A stretch of 64,000 bases of DNA from a bacterium (GTDB taxonomy: Bacteria; Patescibacteriota; Minisyncoccia; Phycocordibacterales; UBA5272): contig JAIXVU010000003.1 in the NCBI GenBank assembly GCA_027482685.1, positions 38,065 through 102,064 on the forward strand, written 5' to 3'. A model generated the notes under the pieces. It was not told the DNA's origin. It ran no database searches and saw only the letters and a program-made list of their open reading frames with translations. Both the position numbers and the translations under genes were made by a program. Of the stretch, positions 36,303-46,287 are shown piece by piece (the first letter of the stretch is position 1; each line of letters starts with the position of its first letter).

Positions 36303-37466
36303 ATGAAAAATCTAGTTCGTATACTTTTCCCCTTAGCCCTAGTTATATATGTTAATGCTGTGTACGCTCAAATGCCGGTCACAACATCATCTGATCAGGT
36401 CCAGATAATAAGACCACAAGAGGTTTCTTCTATCATTGTTGCCGATGTTAGCCTGACTGATGTTACATTCAAACGAGAATCTGATAACAAGATTACAGGT
36501 AGTTTCTCTCTCGTAAGCGAAATGGGAAAGCAAAATGATATAGTTTACGGAATGCATGTTATTGACGGTATGGGTAATATCGTAGATGCGTCCTCTCTAG
36601 GTAAAGTTGCAACTATACGTGAAGGGGAGATAGTCCGACGCAACTTTTCATACTCTATTCCTCCATATATATCAGGGGATAACCTTTCATTTGATCTCGT
36701 CGCAGAGACTACTGGAGGACTTCCTCTCGGGTCGCAAAAGCTACTACAAAATGTTTCCATCCCAGGAGTAGCTTCACTCCTTACATGTACAAATAAAAAT
36801 AGACAAGAGATATCTTGTGTTTCTACTATAGATACAACCCTTGTTATCGGGTATCATGTAGCATCTCCGCTTGGAAAAAACATCGTAAATAAAGAGCTTC
36901 CAGTACGAAAAAATACACCAACACCTCTCCCGGTTACATCAATTCCACCAGGAAGATATTACGTAGACGTTTTTACAAAAGATGGTAACGGCCATGCTCT
37001 TGCTTCATTTGTGGTACAAGGCTCATACGGAAATATTTTGAATACATCTATTTCTGAACTATCAGAAGGTAAGATTCTTGTAATTACAACGGTAAATGCT
37101 TCTCCTTCAAAAGGCATACAAGTTAAAAATACCATCACAGATGACAGCGGTAGAATGTGTACATCTGATCAGGTTGATGCAAGTACTTTTTTTGCAAGAC
37201 AAGAATTTCTGACTGATTGTAGGAAAGGTGCTGTTATTACCACCCTCCTCTCATCATCTGGGGTAGTGTTAAGTAGCTCTACTAATCCTTTCGATATACA
37301 GCGATATGTACAGCAATCTACAACTTCCCCATTAATTACTGAAAAAAATACAACATCTTTACGGCCTTCGCCATATCAACAGATTGCCATAGGCTTGTTT
37401 GTTGGTATTATTGCTGTAACATTCTTTTCTTTTATGAGACGTGTACGTGTGAAAGAATCATTATAA
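36303..37466 (+). CDS. hypothetical cell-surface protein (signal peptide + C-terminal TM anchor)
   Basis: N-terminal signal (LFPLALVIYVNAVYAQ), C-terminal IAIGLFVGIIAVTFFSFMRRVRVKE anchor. Confidence 0.45.
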   Translation: MKNLVRILFPLALVIYVNAVYAQMPVTTSSDQVQIIRPQEVSSIIVADVSLTDVTFKRESDNKITGSFSLVSEMGKQNDIVYGMHVIDGMGNIVDASSLGKVATIREGEIVRRNFSYSIPPYISGDNLSFDLVAETTGGLPLGSQKLLQNVSIPGVASLLTCTNKNRQEISCVSTIDTTLVIGYHVASPLGKNIVNKELPVRKNTPTPLPVTSIPPGRYYVDVFTKDGNGHALASFVVQGSYGNILNTSISELSEGKILVITTVNASPSKGIQVKNTITDDSGRMCTSDQVDASTFFARQEFLTDCRKGAVITTLLSSSGVVLSSSTNPFDIQRYVQQSTTSPLITEKNTTSLRPSPYQQIAIGLFVGIIAVTFFSFMRRVRVKESL

Positions 37467-37479
37467 GATATTTTTATAT

Positions 37480-38124
37480 ATGACACATACTTACTATAGA
37501 TATATTCGACGAAACAACTTAATTGCACTTGTGATTGCATATACGGTATTTTCACTCTTATCTTTTTCACATGCGCAAGCGCTTACTCAGTATACTTACC
37601 TCATCTCTCCGTCAAGTGGTGAATTTGCTTGGACATGTAGAACAACGTCCAATCCGGACAGATCTTCATATCTTCCTGGGCAAACTGCAACCATAGTCGT
37701 GAGTGGCTCAATTATGTATGATGCAGGAGCTCCAACATCAGGTACCGGCAACTGTCTTGTATATCTTTTTAATAATACAAGTAATACTGGACCAGCATTT
37801 GATACAGAAGCAACTTCATATGGATCAACAATGATAGCAAATACTGGAACTTTCCCAGCATCTGGCCCTATATCTCGTACATTTAGTGGTAGTTATTCGT
37901 TTACTGTGCCTGCAAGCATGTCTCCTGGATCACATACTGTACGTTTTCTTACAACTGCAGTAGGTGGAACTGTAGGTGGAGGGTCGGCTTCAGGTGTTCC
38001 TTCCGTCACAAATCCGCTCTCTTTTACAGTAACGTCTCCAGTACCACCTCCAACCGTAATACTTTTTTTCTCATTCGGGCAAATCCTCAATCTCTTTACT
38101 GAAAAGCTTTTTGCAAGTTCTTAG
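37480..38124 (+). CDS. hypothetical secreted Ser/Thr/Gly-rich protein
   Basis: signal peptide ending SHAQA; low-complexity S/T/G-rich body. Confidence 0.4.
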   Translation: MTHTYYRYIRRNNLIALVIAYTVFSLLSFSHAQALTQYTYLISPSSGEFAWTCRTTSNPDRSSYLPGQTATIVVSGSIMYDAGAPTSGTGNCLVYLFNNTSNTGPAFDTEATSYGSTMIANTGTFPASGPISRTFSGSYSFTVPASMSPGSHTVRFLTTAVGGTVGGGSASGVPSVTNPLSFTVTSPVPPPTVILFFSFGQILNLFTEKLFASS

Positions 38125-38348
38125 TATTTACTTTGCATAATACAAATGTTACATATCATAGTGCTTGCGAATATTGTATCTGTGTGATATGATTGCAGGA
38201 CTGACTTAGCATCTACTGTTCTTGCTTGGCTAAGTAGTGCAATTATTATTCGTGTTATATTAGTTTCTCTTTATTATATTTAATAGTCCAATACCCCTAT
38301 AACATTTTGTTTACAAAATGTACGGGCGGCAAGACCCAACAAAAACAT

Positions 38349-39545
38349 ATGGCAGCAGAAAACTTCGATCGTTCAAAACCACACGTAAACGTAGGAACCA
38401 TTGGTCACGTTGACCACGGAAAGACCACTCTTACAGCGGGTATCCTTAACGTACTTCACCTAAAAGATCAGTCTATCAAGACAAAAGGTGTTGATGATAT
38501 TGATAAGGCACCAGAAGAAAAAGCTCGTGGTATTACTATTTCTCTTTCTCACTCAGAGTACTGGACAGATGCTCGTCACTATGCACACATCGATGCTCCA
38601 GGGCACGCTGACTATATTAAGAACATGATTACAGGTGCCGCACAGATGGACGGTGCTATCCTCGTGGTAGCTGCAACTGATGGTCCTATGCCACAAACAC
38701 GTGAACACATCCTCCTAGCCAAGCAGGTGGGTGTACCTCGTATCGTGGTTTTCCTTAACAAGTGCGATATGGTTGAAGATCAGGAAATGATTGAACTTGT
38801 TGAAGAAGAAATCCGTGAACTCCTTACAAAGCAAGGATTTGATGGTGCTAATACACCTATCATCCGTGGCTCAGGACTCAAGGCATCAGTCGCGACTGAT
38901 ATTAACGATCCATGGGCGCAGAAGATTGTTGAGCTCATGAACGCACTTGATACCTATATTCCAGTACCAGAACGTGATACTGCAAAGCCATTCCTTATGC
39001 CAGTAGAAGATATCTTCACTATCGAAGGACGTGGAACTGTAGTAACAGGACGTATCGAGCGTGGAGTACTTAAGCTTAACGAAGAAATCGAAATCGTTGG
39101 TCTTAAAGATACAGTAAAGACAGTGGTAACTGGTATTGAGATGTTTAATAAGTCTCTTCCAGAAGGACAGGCGGGAGATAACGCAGGTATTCTTATCCGT
39201 GGTATTAAGAAGGAAGATATTCTCCGTGGACAAGTTCTTGCAAAGCCGGGATCTGTAAAGCCACACACAGATTTCGAATGTGAGGTATACATCCTTAAGA
39301 AAGAAGAAGGTGGACGACACACTCCTTTCCTTAATGGTTACAAGCCACAGTTCTACGTACGCACGACTGACGTAACTGGAGAAGTAACACTCCCAGCTGG
39401 AACAGAAATGGTTATGCCAGGGGACACTATGAAGTTCACAGTTAAGCTTCTCGCTCCAATCGCTCTTGAGGAACAGGGACGTTTCGCTATCCGTGAAGGA
39501 GGCAAGACAGTTGGTGCGGGTGTCGTAACAAAGATAATCGCCTAG
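38349..39545 (+). CDS. tuf: elongation factor Tu
   Basis: [24 protein letters not shown] motifs; start at [16 protein letters not shown]. Confidence 0.95.
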   Translation: MAAENFDRSKPHVNVGTIGHVDHGKTTLTAGILNVLHLKDQSIKTKGVDDIDKAPEEKARGITISLSHSEYWTDARHYAHIDAPGHADYIKNMITGAAQMDGAILVVAATDGPMPQTREHILLAKQVGVPRIVVFLNKCDMVEDQEMIELVEEEIRELLTKQGFDGANTPIIRGSGLKASVATDINDPWAQKIVELMNALDTYIPVPERDTAKPFLMPVEDIFTIEGRGTVVTGRIERGVLKLNEEIEIVGLKDTVKTVVTGIEMFNKSLPEGQAGDNAGILIRGIKKEDILRGQVLAKPGSVKPHTDFECEVYILKKEEGGRHTPFLNGYKPQFYVRTTDVTGEVTLPAGTEMVMPGDTMKFTVKLLAPIALEEQGRFAIREGGKTVGAGVVTKIIA

Positions 39546-39586
39546 ATCTAAGTGTTCTTTCGAAAGAAAGAACGTAATTACCAAGC

Positions 39587-39943
39587 ATGACAGCAGTTGC
39601 AACAAAAAAAGCTAGTAAAACGCCGAAAGTAGCAGAAGTGCAAAAGCTTCGCATTCGCGTTAGAGCATATGAGAGTAAAGTCTTAGATGCATCTGTTAAG
39701 CAGATAATCGATACAGCAAGACGCTTTGAAGCTACAATTCTTGGCCCTATCCCTCTCCCAACAGAGATCAAGAAATATACTGTTAACCGCGCATCGTTCG
39801 TGTATAAGGATGCTCGTGAGCAGTTTGAGATGCGTGTACATAAGCGTTTAGTTGACATCATCAACCCACAACCTAAGCTAATTGAAGCCCTCACTAATCT
39901 ATCACTTCCGTCAGGGGTTGATATTGATGTGAAAATGGCGTAG
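39587..39943 (+). CDS. rpsJ: 30S ribosomal protein S10 (N-terminal extension)
   Basis: KLRIRVRAYESKVLDASVKQIIDTARRFEATILGPIPLP; palindrome GTTCTTTCGAAAGAAAGAAC in tuf-rpsJ spacer. Confidence 0.9.
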   Translation: MTAVATKKASKTPKVAEVQKLRIRVRAYESKVLDASVKQIIDTARRFEATILGPIPLPTEIKKYTVNRASFVYKDAREQFEMRVHKRLVDIINPQPKLIEALTNLSLPSGVDIDVKMA

Positions 39944-39988
39944 TATACAAGGTCAAATCACGAATCCGAAAAACCTTCAACAATCAGT

Positions 39989-40591
39989 ATGAAATTCACA
40001 CTCGCAACAAAGCAACATATGACAGAATTCTTTTCCGAAGATGGGAAAGTTCACCCTGCAACAATTCTAAAAGCAACACCACTTACCGTGACTGCTATTA
40101 AGAGTGTGGCAACTGACGGCTATGATGCTATTCAGGTAGGGAGTGGAGAGCAGAAAAAAGAACGTGTTTCAAAGGCTGTTCTTGGACATCTTAAAGGTTC
40201 TGCATATAAGGTTGTGAAAGAGTTTCGTACTCCAGGTGGAGACCTATCAGCTGGAGCAACGATAGCATGTGATATTTTCTCTAAAGGAGATGTTGTAACA
40301 GTATCAAGTATTTCAAAAGGAAAAGGTTTCCAGGGAGGTATGAAGCGTCATGGTATGCACGGAGGATGGCATCAGCATGGTCAGAAGCACTCAATGCGTG
40401 AAGTTGGTTCTATCGGTTCTACAGGCCAGCAGCGTGTTAACAAAGGTAAGCGTATGCCAGGAAGAATGGGTAGTGATCGCATTACACTTAAGAATGTAAC
40501 TATTCTTGACGTAGATGTTACTAATGGGATTCTTCTTGTTAAAGGAGCAGTCGCCGGTAAGCGTGGCACAGTAGTTGAAATAAAGGGGTAA
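39989..40591 (+). CDS. rplC: 50S ribosomal protein L3
   Basis: position after rpsJ; GKGFQGGMKRHG motif. Confidence 0.9.
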   Translation: MKFTLATKQHMTEFFSEDGKVHPATILKATPLTVTAIKSVATDGYDAIQVGSGEQKKERVSKAVLGHLKGSAYKVVKEFRTPGGDLSAGATIACDIFSKGDVVTVSSISKGKGFQGGMKRHGMHGGWHQHGQKHSMREVGSIGSTGQQRVNKGKRMPGRMGSDRITLKNVTILDVDVTNGILLVKGAVAGKRGTVVEIKG

Positions 40592-40601
40592 TAATACAAG
40601 T

Positions 40602-41279
40602 ATGCAAGTAAACGTCTATACAATTGAAGGGAAAGTTAGTAAGAAGCTCGATGTTCCAGAGGTTATCTTTGGTGCGGAGTGGAATGCTGATCTTGTTGCA
40701 CAAGTTGTTAACTCACAAGCGTCTAATCGCCGCGCGGGTACAGCTCACACTAAGAATCGTGCTGAGGTTCGTGGTTCACACAAGAAGCCATGGAATCAAA
40801 AAGGTTCTGGTCGCGCTCGTCACGGTTCTGCTCAGTCTCCATTATGGAAGGGAGGAGGAGTAACATTTGGTCCACGCAACGAAAAGAATTATAAGAAAAC
40901 CATTCCTCGTGGTATGAAGGTTGCTGCTCTTTACTCACTTCTATCTGCTAAGCTTGCAGCTGGAAAGGTGATATTTGTTGATACTATTCCTGCACAAACT
41001 GGCAAGACAAAAGATGCCGATATTTCAATGAAAGGTCTCACAACAATAGAGGGATTCAAGACACTTTGCTATAAGAAACCTAACAACGTCTATATGACCG
41101 TGAGTAAAGGTGATGATATAACTAAGCGCGCATTCCGTAACCTGCCATATATGACACTTCATACTATGGATGATCTTAATCCGCTTGATATCGCTAATTC
41201 ACGTTACTTAGTTATAGCAAATCCAGAAGACACAATTGCCTATCTAACTTCTAAGCAAAAGACTGCAAAGGCAAAATAG
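40602..41279 (+). CDS. rplD: 50S ribosomal protein L4
   Basis: KKPWNQKGSGRARHGS motif, gene order. Confidence 0.9.
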   Translation: MQVNVYTIEGKVSKKLDVPEVIFGAEWNADLVAQVVNSQASNRRAGTAHTKNRAEVRGSHKKPWNQKGSGRARHGSAQSPLWKGGGVTFGPRNEKNYKKTIPRGMKVAALYSLLSAKLAAGKVIFVDTIPAQTGKTKDADISMKGLTTIEGFKTLCYKKPNNVYMTVSKGDDITKRAFRNLPYMTLHTMDDLNPLDIANSRYLVIANPEDTIAYLTSKQKTAKAK

Positions 41280-41298
41280 TATAAGTAATTAACAGTAT

Positions 41299-41616
41299 AT
41301 GGCAACAAAGAAAACAACAATCGAAAAGAAAGACGATAAGGCTATAACTTCAAAAGTTATACTAGTTCCTCGTATTACAGAAAAAGCTTCAGCTCAATCA
41401 GTTGCTAATGCATATACATTTGTCGTTGCATCAAATGCTACTAAGCACTCAGTTATCGCAGAGATCAAGCGTGAGTACAAGGTTACACCACGAGCTGTTA
41501 ATATCACTAATATTCAGTCACAAGCTGTTTTTGTTCGTGGACGTTTTGGAACAAAAGCGGGAATGAAAAAAGCAATTGTGTTCTTGAAGAAAGGCGACAC
41601 CATCACTCTTGCATAG
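41299..41616 (+). CDS. rplW: 50S ribosomal protein L23
   Basis: size, gene order, ITEKA..N.YTF pattern. Confidence 0.85.
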   Translation: MATKKTTIEKKDDKAITSKVILVPRITEKASAQSVANAYTFVVASNATKHSVIAEIKREYKVTPRAVNITNIQSQAVFVRGRFGTKAGMKKAIVFLKKGDTITLA

Positions 41617-41637
41617 TATCTCAGTAACGAATTATTT

Positions 41638-42477
41638 ATGAAAACATACAAACCAACAACTCCATCACGTCGTAAGATGTCCACGGTAACCTACCGCGGA
41701 GTTCTCACAACGAATGATCCATATAAGCCCCTCACAAAAGGTTTCCGTCGTGGTTCAGGGCGAAACGCGTATGGTCGCATCACTTCTCAGCATAGGGGAG
41801 GAGGGCACAAGCGTTCATATCGTGAGATTGATTTTAAGTACAACAAACTAGATATCCCTGCAAAGATTCAGACTATCGAGTATGATCCTAACCGATCAGG
41901 ATTCATCGCGCTTGCTGCATACAAGGACGGAGCAAAGACATATGTTCTTGTCCCTAAGTCTGTAAAAGTAGGAGATACATTTATTGTTTCAGAAAAAGCT
42001 GATCTTCTCACTGGTAATCGTGTGATGCTCAAGAATATTCCAGTTGGTACATTTGTGTATAATATTGAGGTCAAGCCTCGTGCGGGAGCTAAGCTTGTAC
42101 GTTCAGCAGGAACATTCGCACAAGTTGTTGCGCATGACAACGGATTCACTTCCCTCAAACTTCCTTCAACAGAAGTTCGTAAAGTAGTAGATCAGTGTTT
42201 TGCATCTATTGGTGAAGTTTCAAATGATGAGTACAGACTACGTAATATTGGTAAAGCTGGTCGTTCACGCCACTTGGGTATTAGACCTAAGACTCGTGCG
42301 ATGGCTCGTAACCCAGTTGACCACCCATACGGAGGAGGAGAAGGAGCGCAGCCTCGTGGAACACGTCGTCCAAAGACCAAGCAAGGTAAGACAACAGGTG
42401 GACACAAGACTCGTGCACCTAAGAAATATTCTAACGTACATATTGTTTCTCGTCGTGTAGTTCGAAAGAAAAAGTAA
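41638..42477 (+). CDS. rplB: 50S ribosomal protein L2
   Basis: GRNAYGRITSQHRGGGHKR, VDHPYGGGEG motifs. Confidence 0.95.
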   Translation: MKTYKPTTPSRRKMSTVTYRGVLTTNDPYKPLTKGFRRGSGRNAYGRITSQHRGGGHKRSYREIDFKYNKLDIPAKIQTIEYDPNRSGFIALAAYKDGAKTYVLVPKSVKVGDTFIVSEKADLLTGNRVMLKNIPVGTFVYNIEVKPRAGAKLVRSAGTFAQVVAHDNGFTSLKLPSTEVRKVVDQCFASIGEVSNDEYRLRNIGKAGRSRHLGIRPKTRAMARNPVDHPYGGGEGAQPRGTRRPKTKQGKTTGGHKTRAPKKYSNVHIVSRRVVRKKK

Positions 42478-42548
42478 TATAAAGTAAATCTCTAAAAAGT
42501 CTTTACTTTCAATAAAAATCTGATATAATTAAGCCCTATTAACCAACC

Positions 42549-42893
42549 ATGACACGATCACTTCACAAAGGTCCATACGTAGACGAACGAGTACTCAAGA
42601 AAGTTCTCGGCAAGCGCCCTGAAACAACTGGGGTTATTAAGACTTGGATCCGTCGTTCTGATATTTCTCCTGAGATGGTGGGTTTTACATTTGGTGTGTA
42701 TAACGGTAAGACTCATATTGAAGTTCTTGTAACAGAAGATATGGTTGGGCATAAGCTTGGTGAGTTTTCTCCAACACGTAAGTTTATCCGTCACGGAGGT
42801 AAGATGCAAAAGGAAATAGATCAGAAGAAGAAAGAAGCAGAAATAACTCAAGCTAAGGCTGCTAAGGCAACAACAGACACTAAGAAGAAATAA
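42549..42893 (+). CDS. rpsS: 30S ribosomal protein S19 (Lys-rich C-terminal extension)
   Basis: [19 protein letters not shown]...GKTHIEV...[11 protein letters not shown]. Confidence 0.92.
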   Translation: MTRSLHKGPYVDERVLKKVLGKRPETTGVIKTWIRRSDISPEMVGFTFGVYNGKTHIEVLVTEDMVGHKLGEFSPTRKFIRHGGKMQKEIDQKKKEAEITQAKAAKATTDTKKK

Positions 42894-42907
42894 TGTAACA
42901 ATTTTGT

Positions 42908-43255
42908 ATGAAAGCATCTCTTAAAAATTATCGCCAAGCACCTCGTAAAGTTCGTCTCATCACGACACTGGTTCAAGGTAAGTCAGCAGTACAAGCACAA
43001 GCTATTTTGTCTCACCTTATTAAGCGTGGAGCACTACCTATCAAGAAACTTCTTGATTCTGCTATTGCAAATGCCGGCGTACCAGCAGATACACTTATCG
43101 TAAAGTCAGCTCGTGTAGACAAGGGGGTTGTTATGAAGCGCTGGATGCCACGAGCAATGGGTCGCGCTTTCCCAATTCATAAGCATACAAGTAAGGTTGT
43201 GATTGAACTAGCAACTAAAGAAACAAACCTTACAACTAACGTTTCAGCTAAATAA
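42908..43255 (+). CDS. rplV: 50S ribosomal protein L22
   Basis: gene order, APRKVRLI motif. Confidence 0.88.
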   Translation: MKASLKNYRQAPRKVRLITTLVQGKSAVQAQAILSHLIKRGALPIKKLLDSAIANAGVPADTLIVKSARVDKGVVMKRWMPRAMGRAFPIHKHTSKVVIELATKETNLTTNVSAK

Positions 43256-43259
43256 TTAT

Positions 43260-43931
43260 ATGACACACGTAGTACACCCATATGCACATAGACTTGGAAT
43301 CATCCGTGACTGGAAGTCACGCTGGTTCGGTAAGAAAGTAAATTATGTTGACCATCTTCGTGCGGATGTTCTAGTTCGCGCTTGGATGACTAAGCGTCTA
43401 CGTGGTATGTATCTTTCACTTATTGAGATTGAAAGAAGTGAGAAGCAATATCGTATTATGATTCATACATCACGTCCTGGTATGATAATCGGTCGTGGAG
43501 GAGATGGTATCGAGAAGCTCCGCGCAGCACTTAAGAAAGAAATGCATCGCCTCAAGATAACTGTTCCACAAGATGTTAAACTTGATATCATCGAAGTCAA
43601 TAACCCAGAGGCAGATGCAGCAATTGTTGCTGCAATGGTAGCTGAAGGTATTGAGAAGCGCCTTCCGTTCCGTAGAGTTCTCAAGACTACTATTGAGAAA
43701 GTTATGGCTAACCGCGATGTACAAGGTGCGCGTATCTCAGTATCAGGTCGTCTAGGAGGAGCCGAAATGGCACGCCGTGAACAGATTAAGCGTGGAGGTA
43801 TTCCACTACAGACACTTCGTGCAGATATAGATTTTGCACGTGATAAAGCTCACATGACATATGGAGTTATTGGTATCAAGGTATGGATTTACCGTGGTAT
43901 GAAGTTTGATAAGAAAGAAGGTACTAAATAA
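43260..43931 (+). CDS. rpsC: 30S ribosomal protein S3
   Basis: MTHVVHPYAHRLGIIRDWKSRWF, KH domain GIEKLR. Confidence 0.93.
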   Translation: MTHVVHPYAHRLGIIRDWKSRWFGKKVNYVDHLRADVLVRAWMTKRLRGMYLSLIEIERSEKQYRIMIHTSRPGMIIGRGGDGIEKLRAALKKEMHRLKITVPQDVKLDIIEVNNPEADAAIVAAMVAEGIEKRLPFRRVLKTTIEKVMANRDVQGARISVSGRLGGAEMARREQIKRGGIPLQTLRADIDFARDKAHMTYGVIGIKVWIYRGMKFDKKEGTK

Positions 43932-43946
43932 TATAACTGAACTGAT

Positions 43947-44366
43947 ATGCTATTCCCTAAAAAAGTAAAACACCGAAAGTGGCAGACAGGAAGACTCTCT
44001 GAAGAGAAGCTTGCTCGTCCTGAGACACGTGGTATCGAAGTATCATTTGGTTCTTTCGGACTTAAGGCAGAGACCCCATCTCGTATTGCTGCTAATCAGA
44101 TAGAAGCTGCTCGTCGTGCTATGACTCGCCACGCTGGTAAGACTGCAAAGGTGTGGATTCGTATTTTCCCAGATCGTCCTGTTACACAAAAAGCAGCTGA
44201 AGTTCCTATGGGTAAGGGTAAAGGAGATCCAGATCGCTATGTATTTGAAGTTCGTCCAGGACGAGTACTCTTTGAGATAGACGGGGTAAGTGAGCAAGTT
44301 GCTCGTGAAGCACTTCGTAAAGCTGGATGTAAATTACCAGTTAAGACTAGAGTAGTAACTCGTTAA
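43947..44366 (+). CDS. rplP: 50S ribosomal protein L16
   Basis: MLFPKKVKHRKWQTGR start typical of uL16. Confidence 0.93.
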   Translation: MLFPKKVKHRKWQTGRLSEEKLARPETRGIEVSFGSFGLKAETPSRIAANQIEAARRAMTRHAGKTAKVWIRIFPDRPVTQKAAEVPMGKGKGDPDRYVFEVRPGRVLFEIDGVSEQVAREALRKAGCKLPVKTRVVTR

Positions 44367-44376
44367 TTATATTGTT

Positions 44377-44628
44377 ATGAATACATCAATTAAAACAAAA
44401 AAGCAGTTGTCAGGAAAAGTAGTTTCTGACAAAATGGATAAAACAGTAGTAGTGAACACTGTTCGCTATATCGCGCACAAGAAATACGGCAAGTATTTCA
44501 AGGTAGATAAGCGTTACAAAGCTCACGATGAGAATAATGAATACAAAGTAGGGGACATTGTTACCATTGAAGAATGTCGTCCGCTTTCAAAAGACAAGAA
44601 CTTCACTGTTATTAGTAAAAAGGCGTAA
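44377..44628 (+). CDS. rpsQ: 30S ribosomal protein S17 (immediately after L16; no L29 gene between)
   Basis: GKVVSDKMDKTVVV...KYFKVDKRYKAHDE...GDIVTIEECRPLSK. Confidence 0.88.
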   Translation: MNTSIKTKKQLSGKVVSDKMDKTVVVNTVRYIAHKKYGKYFKVDKRYKAHDENNEYKVGDIVTIEECRPLSKDKNFTVISKKA

Positions 44629-44681
44629 TAGCACTTTTGCATCAACTAATAACTAATTACTAACAACTAACTACAACACCT

Positions 44682-45062
44682 ATGATACAAGCAGGCACAA
44701 ATGTAAAAATAACAGATAACTCAGGCGGAAAATTCGGCCGTGTTTTCAAAGTGCTTGGTGGCAGTAAGCGTCGTTATGCATCACTTTGCGATATGGTGGT
44801 GCTTTCAGTTAAGGTTGCAGAACCTCGTAAGCAGACTAAGAAGAAAGATATTGTATACGGTGTAGTAGTTCGTACCACTAAGCAAGTACGTCGTTCTGAT
44901 GGATCATATATCTCATTTGATGATAATGCAGTTGTTATTGTAGATAAGACTAAGAAAGAACCGAAAGCAGGACGTGTGTTCGGGCCTATCCCACGTGAAC
45001 TTTCACAGTCAGGAGTTGATGGGTTTAAGAAAATTGCATCTCTTGCACCTGAGATAATTTAA
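44682..45062 (+). CDS. rplN: 50S ribosomal protein L14
   Basis: MIQAGTNVKITDNSGGK start typical of uL14. Confidence 0.93.
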   Translation: MIQAGTNVKITDNSGGKFGRVFKVLGGSKRRYASLCDMVVLSVKVAEPRKQTKKKDIVYGVVVRTTKQVRRSDGSYISFDDNAVVIVDKTKKEPKAGRVFGPIPRELSQSGVDGFKKIASLAPEII

Positions 45063-45072
45063 TTTTATATAT

Positions 45073-45357
45073 ATGCACGTAAAAAAAGGCGACAAAGTAA
45101 TAGTAATTGCAGGTAAGGAGAAGGGGAAGACTGGAGAGATTTCTTCTGTAATAAGAACAACTAACCGTGTTGTTATAGAAGGTCTTAACAAAATGAAGAA
45201 GCATATCAAGGCTCCAAAAGCAGGAGAGAAAGGTGGGGTCGTTGAGATTTCAATGTCAATCCACGCATCAAACGTAAAGCTCGCTGACAAGAAAGCAAAA
45301 ACAGAAGTCAAACCTAAACCAGCTGCAAAAAAGAAAACTGCAAAGAAAGCTGAGTAA
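45073..45357 (+). CDS. rplX: 50S ribosomal protein L24
   Basis: MHVKKGDKVIVIAGKEKGKTGEI KOW motif; terminator hairpin at 45370-45397. Confidence 0.9.
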   Translation: MHVKKGDKVIVIAGKEKGKTGEISSVIRTTNRVVIEGLNKMKKHIKAPKAGEKGGVVEISMSIHASNVKLADKKAKTEVKPKPAAKKKTAKKAE

Positions 45358-45552
45358 TAATACTAATAAAAAGAACCGCTCGTAAGAGCGGTTCTTTAAT
45401 TATTTATACCCACCAATATAGTACAAATGCTCTAAAAAATAGCCTAGATATATCTTTTCTTTTATAGTAATTCCTTGTACTATTGTTGTAGGTGCATAAC
45501 CTGCATATTTCTGTTCATTTTTGTATAACTCTCTCACGAAGAAAGGTTTGCT

Positions 45553-46050
45553 ATGGATATCAAAGGTGGAACAAATCATCCCCCAATGTATCTCCGAAAT
45601 GCTCTTATGGCGGTTGATCGGGCTATCCTTGGGCTAGCTCGTAACGACTGCTATCAAGAGGGGAGGTGCTTCGAAGGGGTTCTACGTCTTCTTGCGGATA
45701 GCGATACGCTTCTAGCAGAACTTGATAGCGAAGAGAGATATCAAAAAGTTGTGGTTAAAGATGCTATCCTTCGTGCATTCCGAGCACTTCACAGAGACCA
45801 GGATCTTGTACCACGACGTGTACGGAATTTCTTAAGGAGAGAAATTGCGGCATTTGTCTGTGAAAGATTTACAAATGCACGTGATAGAGAAGTACACCCC
45901 GAGCTCTTGGCCATCCTCACCGAACTATCCTTAGACAAGCATGCACCAAGAAAATTTATTTCCCCTCCAGAAATTCATACACGTCGCAAGGATGACCTGA
46001 TTAGATTCCTTAAAGAAATGAAAGAAGCTCTCAAGCTACAGCTTACGTAA
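45553..46050 (+). CDS. hypothetical Arg-rich protein inserted between rplX and rplE (GC-richer than neighbours)
   Basis: ORF only; no recognisable motif; bounded by terminator upstream and non-coding spacer downstream. Confidence 0.4.
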   Translation: MDIKGGTNHPPMYLRNALMAVDRAILGLARNDCYQEGRCFEGVLRLLADSDTLLAELDSEERYQKVVVKDAILRAFRALHRDQDLVPRRVRNFLRREIAAFVCERFTNARDREVHPELLAILTELSLDKHAPRKFISPPEIHTRRKDDLIRFLKEMKEALKLQLT

Positions 46051-46287
46051 AAGGCATTCTGCTATGAGCTGTTCGCATATAGCTTTTGTTTCTGAGCCTC
46101 GCACCATGCGGGGCTTTCTTATGTATTGAAAGCGAAATGTAGTGCTTCCAAAATTGCTATACATGTGGTAGAGTGTAGTTCTATTATCAGATAACGCGTA
46201 GCAGTATCTGCACGCACGATAAGCGACGTATAACGTTTCCTAGAACTTTATGTTCGAAGAAGCCAATCGTGCTTACAAACAATATAT

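Noticed and set aside
38886-39605. 239-aa antisense ORF inside tuf (and many other 60-180-aa antisense or out-of-frame ORFs inside nusA, rny, fusA, ribosomal genes, recJ and cca)
   Set aside because: They lie entirely within or opposite confidently identified conserved genes and have no recognisable motifs. Treated as spurious.
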